Shown here one piece after another: positions 1 through 12,229 of a stretch of 64,000 nt of DNA. The stretch comes from Octopus sinensis (Eukaryota), in NCBI RefSeq assembly GCF_006345805.1, contig NC_043004.1:22568001-22632000 (forward strand), written 5' to 3'. How positions within the stretch are numbered: position 1 is the first letter of the stretch; each line of letters opens with the position of its first letter. The position numbers were made by a program, and so were the translations under genes. A model generated the notes under the pieces. It was not told where the DNA came from and ran no database searches. It saw only the letters and a program-made list of their open reading frames with translations.

Positions 1-181
1 CTGCCTTGAAATTTTCTTCCCCTCTTATGCGAGGTTGGTAGACACTAATGGGTTCGCATTCTCTGGTAGTGGAGAAGATCCTAGTATACTAAGGTCATTC
101 AGTAAATCACTTATTTATCTTGCATGTTATTTAATAAGCTCTTATTGGTCTTTCTGGTTCAACTATATCTCACTGAGTGAA

Positions 182-390
182 GGCGCAATGGCCCAGTGGT
201 TAGGGTAGTGGACTCGCGGTCGTAGTATCACTGTTTCGATTCCCAGACCGGGCGTTGTGAGTGTTTATTGAGCGAAAGCACCTAAAGCTCCACAAGGCTC
301 CGGCAGGGGGTGGTGGCGATCCCTGCTGTACTTTTTCACAACTTTCTCTCTATCTTCCTGTTTCTGTTGTATCTATATTTCAAATGTATT
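182..390 (+). mobile_element. tRNA-derived SINE, family 1 (3'-truncated)
   Basis: A-box TGGCCCAGTGG (189-199) and B-box-like GTTTCGATTCC (233-243); body matches the copy at 6541. Confidence 0.8.
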
Positions 391-441
391 TAGACGTGTG
401 TATATGTATATGTGTATATATGCGTGTGTATCTCTATTCAT

Positions 442-850
442 GCGCGTGTGTGTGTGGCTGTGTGGTAAGTAGCTTGCTTAACAACCAAATGGTTCCGGGT
501 TCAGTCCCACTGCGTGGCGCCTTGGGCAAGTGTCTTCTACTATAGCCTCGGGCCGACCACAACCTTGTGAGTGGATTTGGTAGACAGAAACTGAAAAAAG
601 CCCGTGGTATATATGTATATGTATATATGTGTGTGGTTGTGTGTCTGTGTTTGTCCCCCCACCCCAACATCGCCTGACAACCGGTGCTGGTGCGTTTACG
701 TCCCCGTAACTTAGCGGTCCGGCCAAAGAGACTGATAGAATAAGTGCTAGGCTTACGAAGGAGAGGTCTTGGGGTCGATTTGCTCGATTAAAGGCGGTGC
801 TCTAGCATGGCCGCAGTCAAATGACTGAAACAACTGAAAGAGTAAAAGAG
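442..850 (+). mobile_element. tRNA-derived SINE, family A (internal microsatellite)
   Basis: Head GTGGCTGTGTGGTAAG...GGTTCAGTCCC, internal (TA/TG)n, tail GCATGGCCGCAGTCAAATGACTGAAAC..(AAAGAG); matches the copy at 22088 end to end. Confidence 0.9.
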
Positions 851-2142
851 CATATGTATAAATTTGTCTATATGTGTTTATATATATATGTCTGTGTTTT
901 TGTGTGTCTTTGTGCGTGTATAGCTGTGTATATTTATGTGTGTATACACATCTGTATGGTGTGTGCGAGTGTTTGTATACACATGTGCATATGTGTGATA
1001 TGCGTATGTATACATATGAGCATATTCGTGCATATACGCACGTGTGTGTGTGTGCTCGAGCGCGTTTGTGTGCTGAAATCGACTCTTTCCTTATCTGCTA
1101 CATAACTGACTGGCTGTGCCTTTGCCATTTAACTTGACAATCAACAGGTCCCAGGCTATCTCGCCCTATTTTATGTGACAGAACTGTAACCAAGTCCCTG
1201 CTATCAGTATTGTCATTGTAATTATTATTCCTGTCACTGATATGATTTCCTTGCACGCTTTGGGTTGGGTGGCGTAGCCTTGATTATTTAAAGCCGGTTG
1301 TCTTCTGCGACATTGTTCAACGAGCGAGTGTGTTGCCAATTTGCATAACGGGAATATATACTGAGCCTTCAATACTGATTATTGCATTTATTGTGCAACG
1401 CCGAAGAGATTATTAGGTTGATAATGTAATTTGCTAAAACACGTGTACGTTATTAAATCTCTCTCCATCTTTCTCTCTCTCCTTCTCTCTCGCCCCCTCT
1501 CTCGCTCTGTAAGACCATATTTGCATGTAAGAGAAAGATAGACAGATGCACAAATAGACAGACAGACAGGCAAAGCTCAATATTTAGTACACCTGCTGAG
1601 AGTACAAGTAAATCTATATATTCTGTGTGAGTATAACGAGTAATTCAGAAGCTTGTTTCTCTATAATGATATTATTGGACCCCCTACTATTACATAACAA
1701 CCAAAAGAAGTGTCCTTTACAACGTATTATGAGTGAAATTAGACGAAGAAAAATGTGTCGAAGCCAGTCGCCTGAATGATACCTCAGTTCATAGATCTAG
1801 CATTGTTTCTAATAGCTTTTTTCAAATACTCTCTGAGAGTTCAGTTAAGAGTACACGTTGCTGCAGTATATGCGGCCATATACATGTCAATTCGATGAAT
1901 AGATAATTTAGAGTGTGTACCTAAAACATAACCAACTTAACTGATATTCTGTCAAGCTTTTATAGTTGGTAAAGTTCTCAAATTACATGGTTATTATTTG
2001 TTTACAAGAATTTCTAAGTCACTGTATATATGCATGCATATGCAGGAAGTACGTTTAGAATTGTGTGAAGGGCGTAACCAAGATATATATACATAATTGT
2101 GGATATACATTCATACATACATACACCACATACAGACACACT

Positions 2143-2200
<58 letters not shown>

Positions 2201-2454
2201 GTATGCATGTATGTATGTATATATGTATGTATGTGTATATTTATATAAAACATATATATACATGCGTATATATTGCTTATGTATACAACTAATATCTAAT
2301 ATAAACAGATGTTTCTGTGTATGTGAGTGTGCGTTAGATACTTATGCATGTATATCAAAAAGTGGTTCTTCCCGAGACATATTCCTTTGGCCAGTTTCCC
2401 TGCATTCTATCTCAATATTCCATACCGCTTGAAGGCTGGGTGGCCTCGATTTTG

Positions 2455-2575
2455 GCAGGTGAGGAGATGAAAACAATGTGAAATAAAATACTGTTCTCAA
2501 GATCACAACATGTCATCCGTTCTAATAACTGAAAGCAAAATCTTACGATCATGTGTGCAACATGCTGATCAATAA
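2455..2575 (-). mobile_element. Degenerate head/core fragment of CORE-type SINE (family B)
   Basis: ATGTGAAATAAAATACTGTTCTCAAGATCACAAC...CTTACGATCATG resembles the reverse complement of the head/core of the 9499 element. Confidence 0.55.
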
Positions 2576-2943
2576 ACCACACGACTGAACATGTATGGTA
2601 AGTATGAATGCATGGAAGCATGCACGTATGTAAGCAAGTATGGATGTAACATATGGTATAATTATAAACAGGGCAAATTTTAGCTATTTCTCCGCAGACT
2701 GAGAAAATGATGAACAACCTTAATCAATTTTCGTACCTTTGTGTATACTCACCTGATGCGTCTACATCATTCTATGTATGTATGTATGTATGTATGTATG
2801 TATGTATGTATGTATGTATGTATGTATGTATGTATGTATGCATGCATGTATGTATGTAAATTATATACCTATTGTATATATATCTATATATATATATATA
2901 TATACTCATCATATCTATCAATGTATGATACATATATAGATAA

Positions 2944-3350
2944 GCGCAGTCGAGTCGTGGCTGTGTGGTAAGAATTTTGCTTTCCAAACACATGGTTCCA
3001 GGTTCAGTCTCGCAGCATAGCACCTTAGGAAACTGTCTTCTACTATAATCTTGGGCCGACCAAAGCCTTGTGAGGGGAGGCAGCCTTGAGACGGAAACTG
3101 AAAGAAGCCTGTCGTACATATATGTGTGTGTGTGTGTGTGTGTCTTTGTCTCCCCACCATCACTTGACAACTGATGTTTTGTGTTTTTATGTCTTCGTAA
3201 CTTAACGGTTCGGCAAAAGACACCTATATAATAATTACTAGGCTCACAAAGAATAAGTTCTATGGTCGATTTTTTCGAGTAAAACCCGTTAAGGCGCTGT
3301 TCCAGCAGATCCGCAGTTACATAACTGAAACAAGTGAAAGAATAAAAGAA
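2944..3350 (+). mobile_element. SINE family A, diverged full-length copy
   Basis: Colinear with the 22088 copy from head to AAAAGAA tail. Confidence 0.85.
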
Positions 3351-4817
3351 TGTATGCAGAGGGCTGTATATTTATATATATTACCCATACACACATTGTA
3401 TATGTGTTGCATTCTTAACAATAATTGATGAAGGAAACGAAAGATAAATGTGGTACTTTATAAAGACTAGTACCAGATAGATCTTCCGTTTCCTACATCC
3501 GTTATTATTATCTCAACTAATATTACAGAATCCCTAAAGTAAATCTAGCAGAAATATACCCCTCCAGGTAGCCCAAACTGTGAACTTGCTTTACTCAGCA
3601 CAATAATTTGCATATACCCATTAGTCCCCAAAAATTACATATGTTGTATTCATATATTCATAGCATATATAACATTTATATGTGCGTGTGTGTTTGAATA
3701 TGTATGTATGTACATATAATACATCTGCTAGTATGGCTCTCGTTCAGGAGACCCTGAGTTTTGGTGGGTGTGGAATTACCTCTGAGCCATAATGTTTCAC
3801 AGATCTACACTGACCCGGAATAGTAGTGCTTACTAGGGTCTCAACTATGTGCTGATACGTATGTCATGGATTCACTACTGGAAGAAGGTTTCTCATACAC
3901 GACCCAAAGGACCAAAGGCAAGTGAAGTCCATCAGCTCTTTAACTGCTGATCTAAAAGAAGGTAACTACAGAAAAAATACTGCATCTCCGTAATTACTGG
4001 GCCCATGGCACTTGTACCAGACCATTGCTACTTTGATTTGGAGCACAAATCTTGGCTCCAAAACTAATAATATCCATTGTGCTCTTTCTTCAACAGAGCA
4101 AGTCACCAATACCTACAACGAGACCCTTTCTGCATAAGTTTAGTGGCGTTAGGGACTGAGACAAGGGGCACTGTTAGAGAGTGCTACTCAAAGACTTCAG
4201 CCCTTACCCTGCACGGAGGCGGCTACAGTGTGATGGTCGTTTTCAGGCATGCCTTGCTGAATCCCCACACACCCACACTGACACATTTGTGTATGTCTGT
4301 GTTGTTATATATGATAGTTATATTTTAACAGGTAAAGTTATTGAATTCAAAAACGGCTGAGAGAGAGTGAGAGTCAATCATCGTGGAAATGGCAAGAGAT
4401 TCTAAGTAATTAACTAGAAGAAGCAACTTTTATTTGATACCTGTTGGGAAAATTTGTACAAAAACCATCAGGAAGATGTAGACAGCAGAAAAAATGTTGC
4501 AAGAGAGAATGTTAATAAAAATACCAAACCACTTTTTGATTAATAGTTTTATTGGGTTATTTTATCAGCTGTTTTTCTTTCATGATTTAAAGTTCACTAG
4601 TAAAGGGTATAGACAGCCATAAAACATTGCAACCGGTATATATTTTCTGTTCAATTTTATATCTACGTATTATCTTTGCAAACAGAAGTAAACAGCCATA
4701 ATACATACATACATATACAGATATACACGTACAAATATATGCACCCTAAACGTACAGAATTACACACACACACACAAACAAACATAGAGCACACACTCGC
4801 ACGCACGCACGCTCTCT

Positions 4818-4819
<2 letters not shown>

Positions 4820-4902
<83 letters not shown>

Positions 4903-5050
4903 CAGAGAGAGAGATTATATAGATAGATAGATAGGTAAATAGGCAGCTATATAGATAAATGGATAGATGATAGATAGATAGACAGATAGATTAACAGAGA
5001 CACAGATAGATTAACAGAGACACAGATAGATTAACAGAGAGACAGACAGA
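4820..5050. repeat. (GATA)n array plus a 20 bp unit x3 (CAGATAGATTAACAGAGACA-like)
   Basis: Direct reading of the sequence. Confidence 0.9.
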
Positions 5051-6540
5051 TAGATGGATGGATAGAGATTTGGATATAGTTGTAGATATATTGGAAAATA
5101 AATAGATAGGCAGCGATTAATGTTTAATTGTATACAAGATGTATACATCCCTGTTTGTTATATATATATAGAAATCAACACACCCATATATACAAATATC
5201 CAAAGAAGCAGCCATGTATAAACACATGCATCCGGTAATAGGGGTGTTAGTATGATATAAACTTCCGTTTTGTGGATAAATTATTACTGGCCAATTAATT
5301 GTGCTATGGCTGTCCATTTACCTGGAGTTATTTCGAAGAAAGCTGAAAAGGTTGATAAATTTATCCTTGAAGGCTATGACGCAAATCACTTCTTCGATTA
5401 AGTAATATTTTATTTGCAAGAAATAATTAATCCCGTTTATTGTGCAAAGCCTACATTTTTTTGTTTTATTATTTATTCATTATATATATATGTTTTCATT
5501 TTCCATGAATGCGTAAGCTGTTGCGATGATACGCCATTGTTGTAATGATTTTCAGTTTCTTTTACACATGCAGGACTGACAATTCCCTGTACACACACAC
5601 ACGCGCGCACACATGCACACACGCACGTACACGCACACACACACACTCAGGCACACACACACATACACACGCAATCACACACGCAAACGTGTGTGTGTTT
5701 GTCGTTGTTTATGTAATTATTGTATCTCTCTATATAATATATATTTGAATGAACATACACGCACACGCGCACGTACACATGCACATACGTACACACGCTC
5801 GTTCACACACACACACATACAGACGCAATCACACATGCACGTGTGTGTGTGTGTGTGTCACAAAACTGTGCCAAGAGTTATCTGCAATGCACAAGTAGAT
5901 TGGAGACAATAGCACGTAGGTTGATGCTGACAAATTTCAAACCGTACAACATCGAAGCAAAATGTATTACAGACACTATACAATACAGTTTCCAAGTCAG
6001 AATAAGTCTTGCGCATTGGCATGAGTGATGGTGCATTATTTGGTGTGTGTATTAGCTATTTGGCATGACATTTTGGTTGTTTGCAGGGTGGATTCTAAGA
6101 AAGGAGTGAACTATGATTTTCATTCGGTGGATATTCGTCCTAAGCTGTTTTGTCTTTTGCTTCCAACTACATTGTAATATAAATGACATAAACAAGAGCA
6201 ATGAAACGAAGCGATACAAAGATCGTCTCAACGTAGTAGGTTAGCTAGCGGGAAAGATTCAAATGATTAAGACTCTGGAGTGAAAAGAGGCAAGATGTGT
6301 TGTGATATACATCTGGAAGATCCAAGAAGGACTTGTCCCAAAACTTTAGCAAAATATTAAAGTAAGATTACCTAAGATGCAAAAACATCAGTAGCGCTGA
6401 CCCGGCATGGCACCAGCTTACAAGCCGAAACAAGTAAACCAGTAATGAATTAACATATGTATATATGTATATTTCATTTTATATATCTTTATAACTTTTA
6501 TACACACACACACACACACACATATGTATATATATGTGGA

Positions 6541-6812
6541 GGCGCAATGACCCAGTGGTTAGGGCAGCGGACTCGCGGTTGTGGGATCGCGGTTTATTGA
6601 GCGAAAACACCTACAGCTCCACGAGGGTCCGGCAGAAGGTGATGGCGATACCTGCTGTACTCTTTCGCCACAACTTGTTCTCACTCTTTCTTCTATTGGC
6701 CTGCTCGCTTAGCCAGCGGGGTGGCGTCGTTTCAAGGCTAAAACAATGCGAAGCGCATTGTGACCAGCGTTGTGTAGCAACATCTGATCGGCTGGTCGGT
6801 CACAGTGATCAA
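6541..6812 (+). mobile_element. tRNA-derived SINE, family 1, with B-box deleted
   Basis: Matches 182-390 but lacks the ~29 nt segment carrying the B-box; the 3' end runs into (TA)n. Confidence 0.8.
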
Positions 6813-6862
6813 GGTGATATATATATATATATATATATATTATGAACCTGTTGTAAGGGTAT

Positions 6863-6914
<52 letters not shown>

Positions 6915-6929
6915 GAACCTGTTGTAAGG

Positions 6930-6962
<33 letters not shown>

Positions 6963-6964
<2 letters not shown>

Positions 6965-7275
6965 GCGTCGTTTAAAAATCCCCATACATAGGAACAATTT
7001 ATTTTTTTATAAGATACAGTTTATAAGAACAGTTTCTTTATTTATTTAACAAGCTCTATATGGTTACCATTGTTTTCAATACACGTGTGCAAATGAGTTG
7101 ATGATGTGTTCCTTCAAATGATTTATGTCTTTTATCTTTCCGCGATACACCATGCCTTTCAAATACCCGCAAAGTTAGAAATTAAGAGGAGGTCAGAGAA
7201 TCTAGGTGATCTTATAAACTGTTACTTATAAAAATATAAATTTTTCCCATGTATGGAGACTTTTGAATCACTCTG
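6963..7275 (-). mobile_element. Internally deleted Tc1/mariner-superfamily element (MITE-like) with both TIRs
   Basis: ~32 bp imperfect TIRs (CAGCGTCGTTTAAAAATCCCCATACATAGGAA versus rc CAGAGTGATTCAAAAGTCTCCATACATGGGAA); right end is followed by TA. The minus strand retains decayed transposase C-terminus GYLKGMVYRGKIKDINHLKEHII...CIENNGNHIE. Confidence 0.8.
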
Positions 7276-7289
7276 TATATATTTGTACG

Positions 7290-8145
7290 TGGATCTGTCC
7301 ATGGACATCAAAGTTGATCTAAAGACCATCAGAAATGCTGTATACACTGATTTACAGTTGGAATCATACATGAGGACATCTATTGACTCATGCAATGAAA
7401 GAAAGAATGAAAGGGCTCAAAAAGTGTTGCGATACCTGCAGCACAATGGAAAACCGTGAAAATCTCTTCAGATGATAAAATTGTTACCCTCGCAACGATC
7501 GATGTATTGCTAAGTAACCTTCTGAAGTAAAAGGCGTCTTTAGGACCAAACACCCAGCTCAAGTCATGGTACTCGGAGTCATGGTGTCTGACGGAAAAAA
7601 AGATGCCTCTCCATTTTTTCAAGTCTGAAGAAAATGTTAGGACTGTAATTTATTATAAATTCTTGCGGTATAAGGTTCTGCCTTGGCCGAAGTCTAACAT
7701 CCCCAACGATAATTGTGTATGGAATCAAGATAGTGCGCCTGCTCATGCAGCGAAGAAAGTGCAGAAATTCTGCGAAGACCACTTCACTGACTTTTGGCCT
7801 GCCAAGGCCTTTACCCAGCGTAGACTTGAACCCCAAGGGCTATGCCGTATGGGGCAAACTGGAGCACTCTACCAACGGCGCTTCGCATCCATGTGTTGAT
7901 CATGTTAAGCAAGTCCTGGGGGAAGAGTGGGACAAGATGTCTGAATACTTCATCTTGAAGATGTGTGATGCCTTTAGGCGGCGTGTAAAGCCTATAGAGA
8001 ACAATGATGGCGGACATATTCAATAAGTTTTCACTTTATGCCCGTAAAAACCAGTATTAAAATTATATTTATAACAGGCTGCTTTTGTAAAGTAAACAAT
8101 TTGGTGAATTATCTATCATTTTCCAAGTTTAGCTACCCCACCCTG
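7290..8145 (+). mobile_element. 5'-truncated Tc1/mariner (maT/DD37D-like) transposase pseudogene with right TIR
   Basis: Frameshifted ORFs give TKHPAQVMVLG, VWNQDSAPAH, SVDLNPKGYAVW (third catalytic D position mutated) and ..NDGGHIQ*; the end ...TACCCCACCCTG is followed by TA. Confidence 0.85.
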
Positions 8146-8157
8146 TATATATATAAT

Positions 8158-8285
8158 ATTATTGTGTCTGGGGAGAGTCATTCTTTTTTAGTGCCTTATC
8201 ATTTAACACACTCACCGGTTCAATTTCCACTCCATAATTTTTTTTGTATAGTTTTCGTTGCGTCATGCAACCTTTTCAATAGCAG
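8158..8285 (+). repeat. Interspersed repeat family E fragment
   Basis: TGTGTCTGGGGGAGAGTCATT...CACACTCACCGGT...GCAACCTTTTCAATAG is shared with 46630-46830. Confidence 0.75.
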
Positions 8286-8984
8286 TTGATTAGCCCATCA
8301 CCAGAGTGAGTTCTTTTTGTTTGTTTGTGCACATGTGCGTGCGTCAGTGTGCATATGTATGCATGTATTTACGTGTCTTTATGCTTGTATGTGTATGCAT
8401 ATATATATATATATATATGTATGCATGTGTGTACATTTGTATGTAAGTACGTATTCTGCATATTCATGTGTTTGTGTGTTCGTATTTGTGTTTGTACGCG
8501 AGTGTGTATCTATGTATGTGTGTAATTGTGCATGTAACTCTGTCTCCTTGTGTATGCATGATTTGAGTATTTCTATGTGTATGGGTTTGTGCGACTATGT
8601 ACGTGTGTCTGTTATATATAGATGCGTGTCTCCATGTGACTTTGTGTATGTGTGAAGTGTGTGTATGTGTATAGGATCATTTGCGTATATGTGTGTGTGT
8701 GCTTGTCTGTCGATATTACCTATGTATGAATCTATCTGTTTACTTACATATCCATTACCCCCATATACACACATACGCACATACAAACACATATATACAT
8801 ATATATATACGTCTACATATGCATAACAGCCTGTACCTGTGTATATATAAACTGTGGGTATTGGGGTATGACTATCGTTTACGTATATTTCCTATTTAGG
8901 ACTAGTGATGTTTCATATATTTATACAGGTTATTGTTCTGTTACTGGTATTCTCAGCAAAAAAAAGTACTCGTGAGAGTTAACT

Positions 8985-9125
8985 ACAGGGTTCACATTTT
9001 GGCACAAGGTCACCAAATTCCGTGGCGAGGGTAATTCTATTATATCGACGCAAGTATTTAACTGGTACTAAATTTATTGGCTCCATAAGAATGAAAGGCA
9101 GATCGACCTAGGCGCAGTTTGAAAG
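8985..9125 (-). mobile_element. SINE family C fragment
   Basis: Reverse complement resembles the 3' two-thirds of the 39375-39610 copy (GTCGA..TGCCTTTCAT...AAATT.AGTACCAGTT). Confidence 0.6.
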
Positions 9126-9376
9126 TGAAAGATGGATATCATCATATATTTAATGTACTGACTATTTAGATAAGTATTATTTAATTACAATTATACCCCC
9201 CACACACACACACACAGAGGCGCGCACGTATATATAAATATACAAATTGCGGAATGGCTGTTACGGGAACGTAATCAGTCCGAAACGGGATGTCAGTCAG
9301 TGCACAACAGAAACATTTATATACACTCACGCGCACACACACTTACATGCATATATACATATATATACATACATAC

Positions 9377-9422
<46 letters not shown>

Positions 9423-9498
9423 TATAATAAGAAATAACCACTAAGTGGACATCCAATATGCTAGAAGATCACTTACGATCTAATCACCCTCATTGTGA

Positions 9499-9824
9499 GG
9501 GCGCGTGGCTTAGTGGTTAGGGCATTTGGCTCATGATCGTAAGGTTGTGAGTTCGATTCCCGGCGACGCGTTGTGTCCTTGAGCAAGACACTTTATTTCA
9601 CGTTGCTCCAGTCCACTCAGCTGGCAAAAATGAGTTGTACTTGTATTTCAAAGGGTCAGCCTTGTCACTCTCTGTGTCACGCTGATTATCCCCGAGAACT
9701 ACGTTAAGGGTACACGTGTCTGTGGAATGCTCAGCCATTTGCACGTTAATTTCACGAGCAAGCTGTTCCGTTGATCGTATCAGCTGGGACCCTCGTCGTC
9801 GTAACCGGCGGAGTCTTTAAGAAG
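9499..9824 (+). mobile_element. Full-length tRNA-derived CORE-type SINE (family B) with 13 bp TSD
   Basis: A-box TGGCTTAGTGG and B-box GTTCGATTCC; central GTGTCCTTGAGCAAGACACTTTATTTCACGTTGCTCCAGTCCACTCAGCTGGCAAAAATG; AAG-type tail; direct repeat AATCACCCTCATT at 9482-9494 and 9825-9837. Confidence 0.9.
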
Positions 9825-9840
9825 AATCACCCTCATTATT

Positions 9841-9908
<68 letters not shown>

Positions 9909-9924
9909 TGTATGTATGTATATA

Positions 9925-10307
9925 TCCTTATGTTTCACTTCTTTCAGTCATTAGACTGCACCACGCTAGGGCACCGCTTTGTAGAAATTTTAGTCCAATG
10001 TATCGACCCCAGTACATTCTTTTTATAAGTCTGGTACTTATTCTATCGGTATTTTTTGCCAAACCGCATTGTTAAGGGGAAGTAAACACACTAGCACCGG
10101 TTTTGGGGAGAAAAACACAAACAAAGATAAACACATAGATATGTATATACATATACACATATGTACGACAGGCTTCTTTCAGTATCCGGCTCTAGTCGGC
10201 CTGAGGCTATAATAGAAAACGCTTGCCCAAGATTCCACGCAGTGGGACTGATCCTGCGACCATGTCGTTGAGAAGTCAGCTTCTTAATACACAGTCACGC
10301 CTGTGCC
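9925..10307 (-). mobile_element. SINE family A copy
   Basis: Reverse complement is colinear with the 22088 copy, with a small internal deletion. Confidence 0.85.
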
Positions 10308-10577
10308 TTTATACACCATTCCTTAACTCTTGTATTCGTATTCGCACAACTGATAACCCTGGTTGCCTACCGTGGAATGTAAAACGGACTTTTTTCAGTT
10401 TATCGTACTTCGATAAGAAAAGATCCATAACATCCCGTTTCAATAAACCACTAATCTCCCTGAAAGTATATTTTCTATATTTACTACGAATTGATTGAAG
10501 TTAACTTTGTTCCTAAACCTCGGTCCTTAGATCATACATACATATGTATATATATATATATGTATGTATCGATACGT

Positions 10578-10789
10578 ATTTTTATCTCTTTGGTGTTCGT
10601 TTCTTAGACTGAGGTCATGCTGGAGCACGTCCTTCAGGTCGAAATAATGCACCCCAGTACATTTTGTTTATACCTGGTACTTTTTCTCGCGGTCATCTTC
10701 GCCGAACCGAAAAGAAGGTCGGAGACACACATATGCACACACATACAGACGACGCGCACACAAAGAGAAACACACATACACCCCAACAC

Positions 10790-10833
<44 letters not shown>

Positions 10834-10877
10834 TATATATATATATATTATATATATATACATTTATATATATATAC

Positions 10878-10924
<47 letters not shown>

Positions 10925-10931
10925 TTATATA

Positions 10932-10972
<41 letters not shown>

Positions 10973-11140
10973 TATATATATATATATATATACATATATA
11001 TACATACGCAATCTTCTTCCAGTTTCCGTCCTCGAAATCCACTCACCAGCCATTCGTCAGTCTGGGGTGATAGAATATACCTGCCTAAGATGCTACCCAG
11101 TGAGAAAGATCCGGGTGGGACCGAAGCAATGGGACTGAAC
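10578..11140 (-). mobile_element. SINE family A copy with greatly expanded internal microsatellite
   Basis: Tail at 10578-10720, expanded (CA/TA)n at ~10725-11005, head fragment at 11010-11140. Confidence 0.75.
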
Positions 11141-11181
11141 ACACATACACACAAACACACACATACACACATACACACACA

Positions 11182-11232
<51 letters not shown>

Positions 11233-11282
11233 TCATTTATACATATATGAAACGATACTGCGATAAAAATACTGTACCATCT

Positions 11283-11326
11283 AAACTGTCCGACGAACGG
11301 AAACGTGAAACTCTGAGTAGCATTTT
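11283..11326 (+). ncRNA. Degenerate minimal type I hammerhead-ribozyme-like motif (probably Penelope-derived)
   Basis: AAACTGT-CCGACGA-ACG GAAA CGT-GAAA-CTC T GAGT-A-GCATTTT: stem I 6/7 pairs, core CUGANGA with U4>C, stem II with GAAA loop, near-palindromic stem III, GUA triplet; AATAAA at 11366-11371. Confidence 0.55.
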
Positions 11327-11499
11327 TTGTGATAGTTTTTGTGATGTTTCTGCAGCTCTAATAATAATAAAGCATATTGCTCTATCTCCGGTGTTCGAGT
11401 ACTCTTTTTTTTCCACCTTGTTTCACATTTATGTGCTTATTTTGTTGCACAAATATGTATATATGTACGTATGTATGTATGACTGTATGTATATATATA

Positions 11500-11558
<59 letters not shown>

Positions 11559-12229
11559 TATATTTATGAATATATATATATATATATATATGTATTAATA
11601 TATGTATGCATATATATATACACACACACATATATACACATATATATATATAATATATATATATATATATAATATATATATATATATATGTACACATACA
11701 CACACATACACATACATATTTTTTTTTCATTTATTTATACATGTAAATAAATAACGCCATGGGTGTTATTATAGTGCTTAGATATTTGATCACTTTGTTT
11801 TGTTTTTGTTATATTTTTTCATTTTTGTTTTCCTTCTTGTTACTCTCCAGCTCTTGGCAACCTGTTCTCGTTTTGTTTTCTGGCCTTGTAAAGCTAGCAG
11901 TTTGTCAAAATGAAACAATACGATAAGCCATCAGGCTTATTAAAGCTAGTTACTACAGTGCAATGACTTCAACAAATCAAACAATAAACGAATAATACAC
12001 GTCTGTCACAGTAACTTAGATTTTCAAGTGTCTGCTTCATAATTTATTTATATCTAAATTTTTCCCTTATATCTAAATAAGTCAAAATGTTTGGAGTGTT
12101 TTTAATGCAAAACTTCACTTTCCCCCCCCCCTTTTTATGTTGAAATAATCTGCCCCCACTAATCTTTTCGCTTTTGGAGTTCGGAAAAAAAGAAGAAGAA
12201 GAAAAGAATAAAACGTTGTGTGCGTGTAT

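Noticed and set aside
182-245. tRNA-like sequences at SINE heads (also 9499, 19520-19589, 22088)
   Set aside because: A/B boxes run directly into SINE bodies and no full cloverleaf is evident; these are not tRNA genes.
3730-4330. Non-repetitive, moderately GC-rich block that might be coding or TE-derived
   Set aside because: No recognisable motif in any frame by eye; needs a translated database search.
6086-6180. Acceptor-like TTTGCAG followed by a short open stretch upstream of the gene
   Set aside because: No recognisable product or donor; cannot be supported as an exon.
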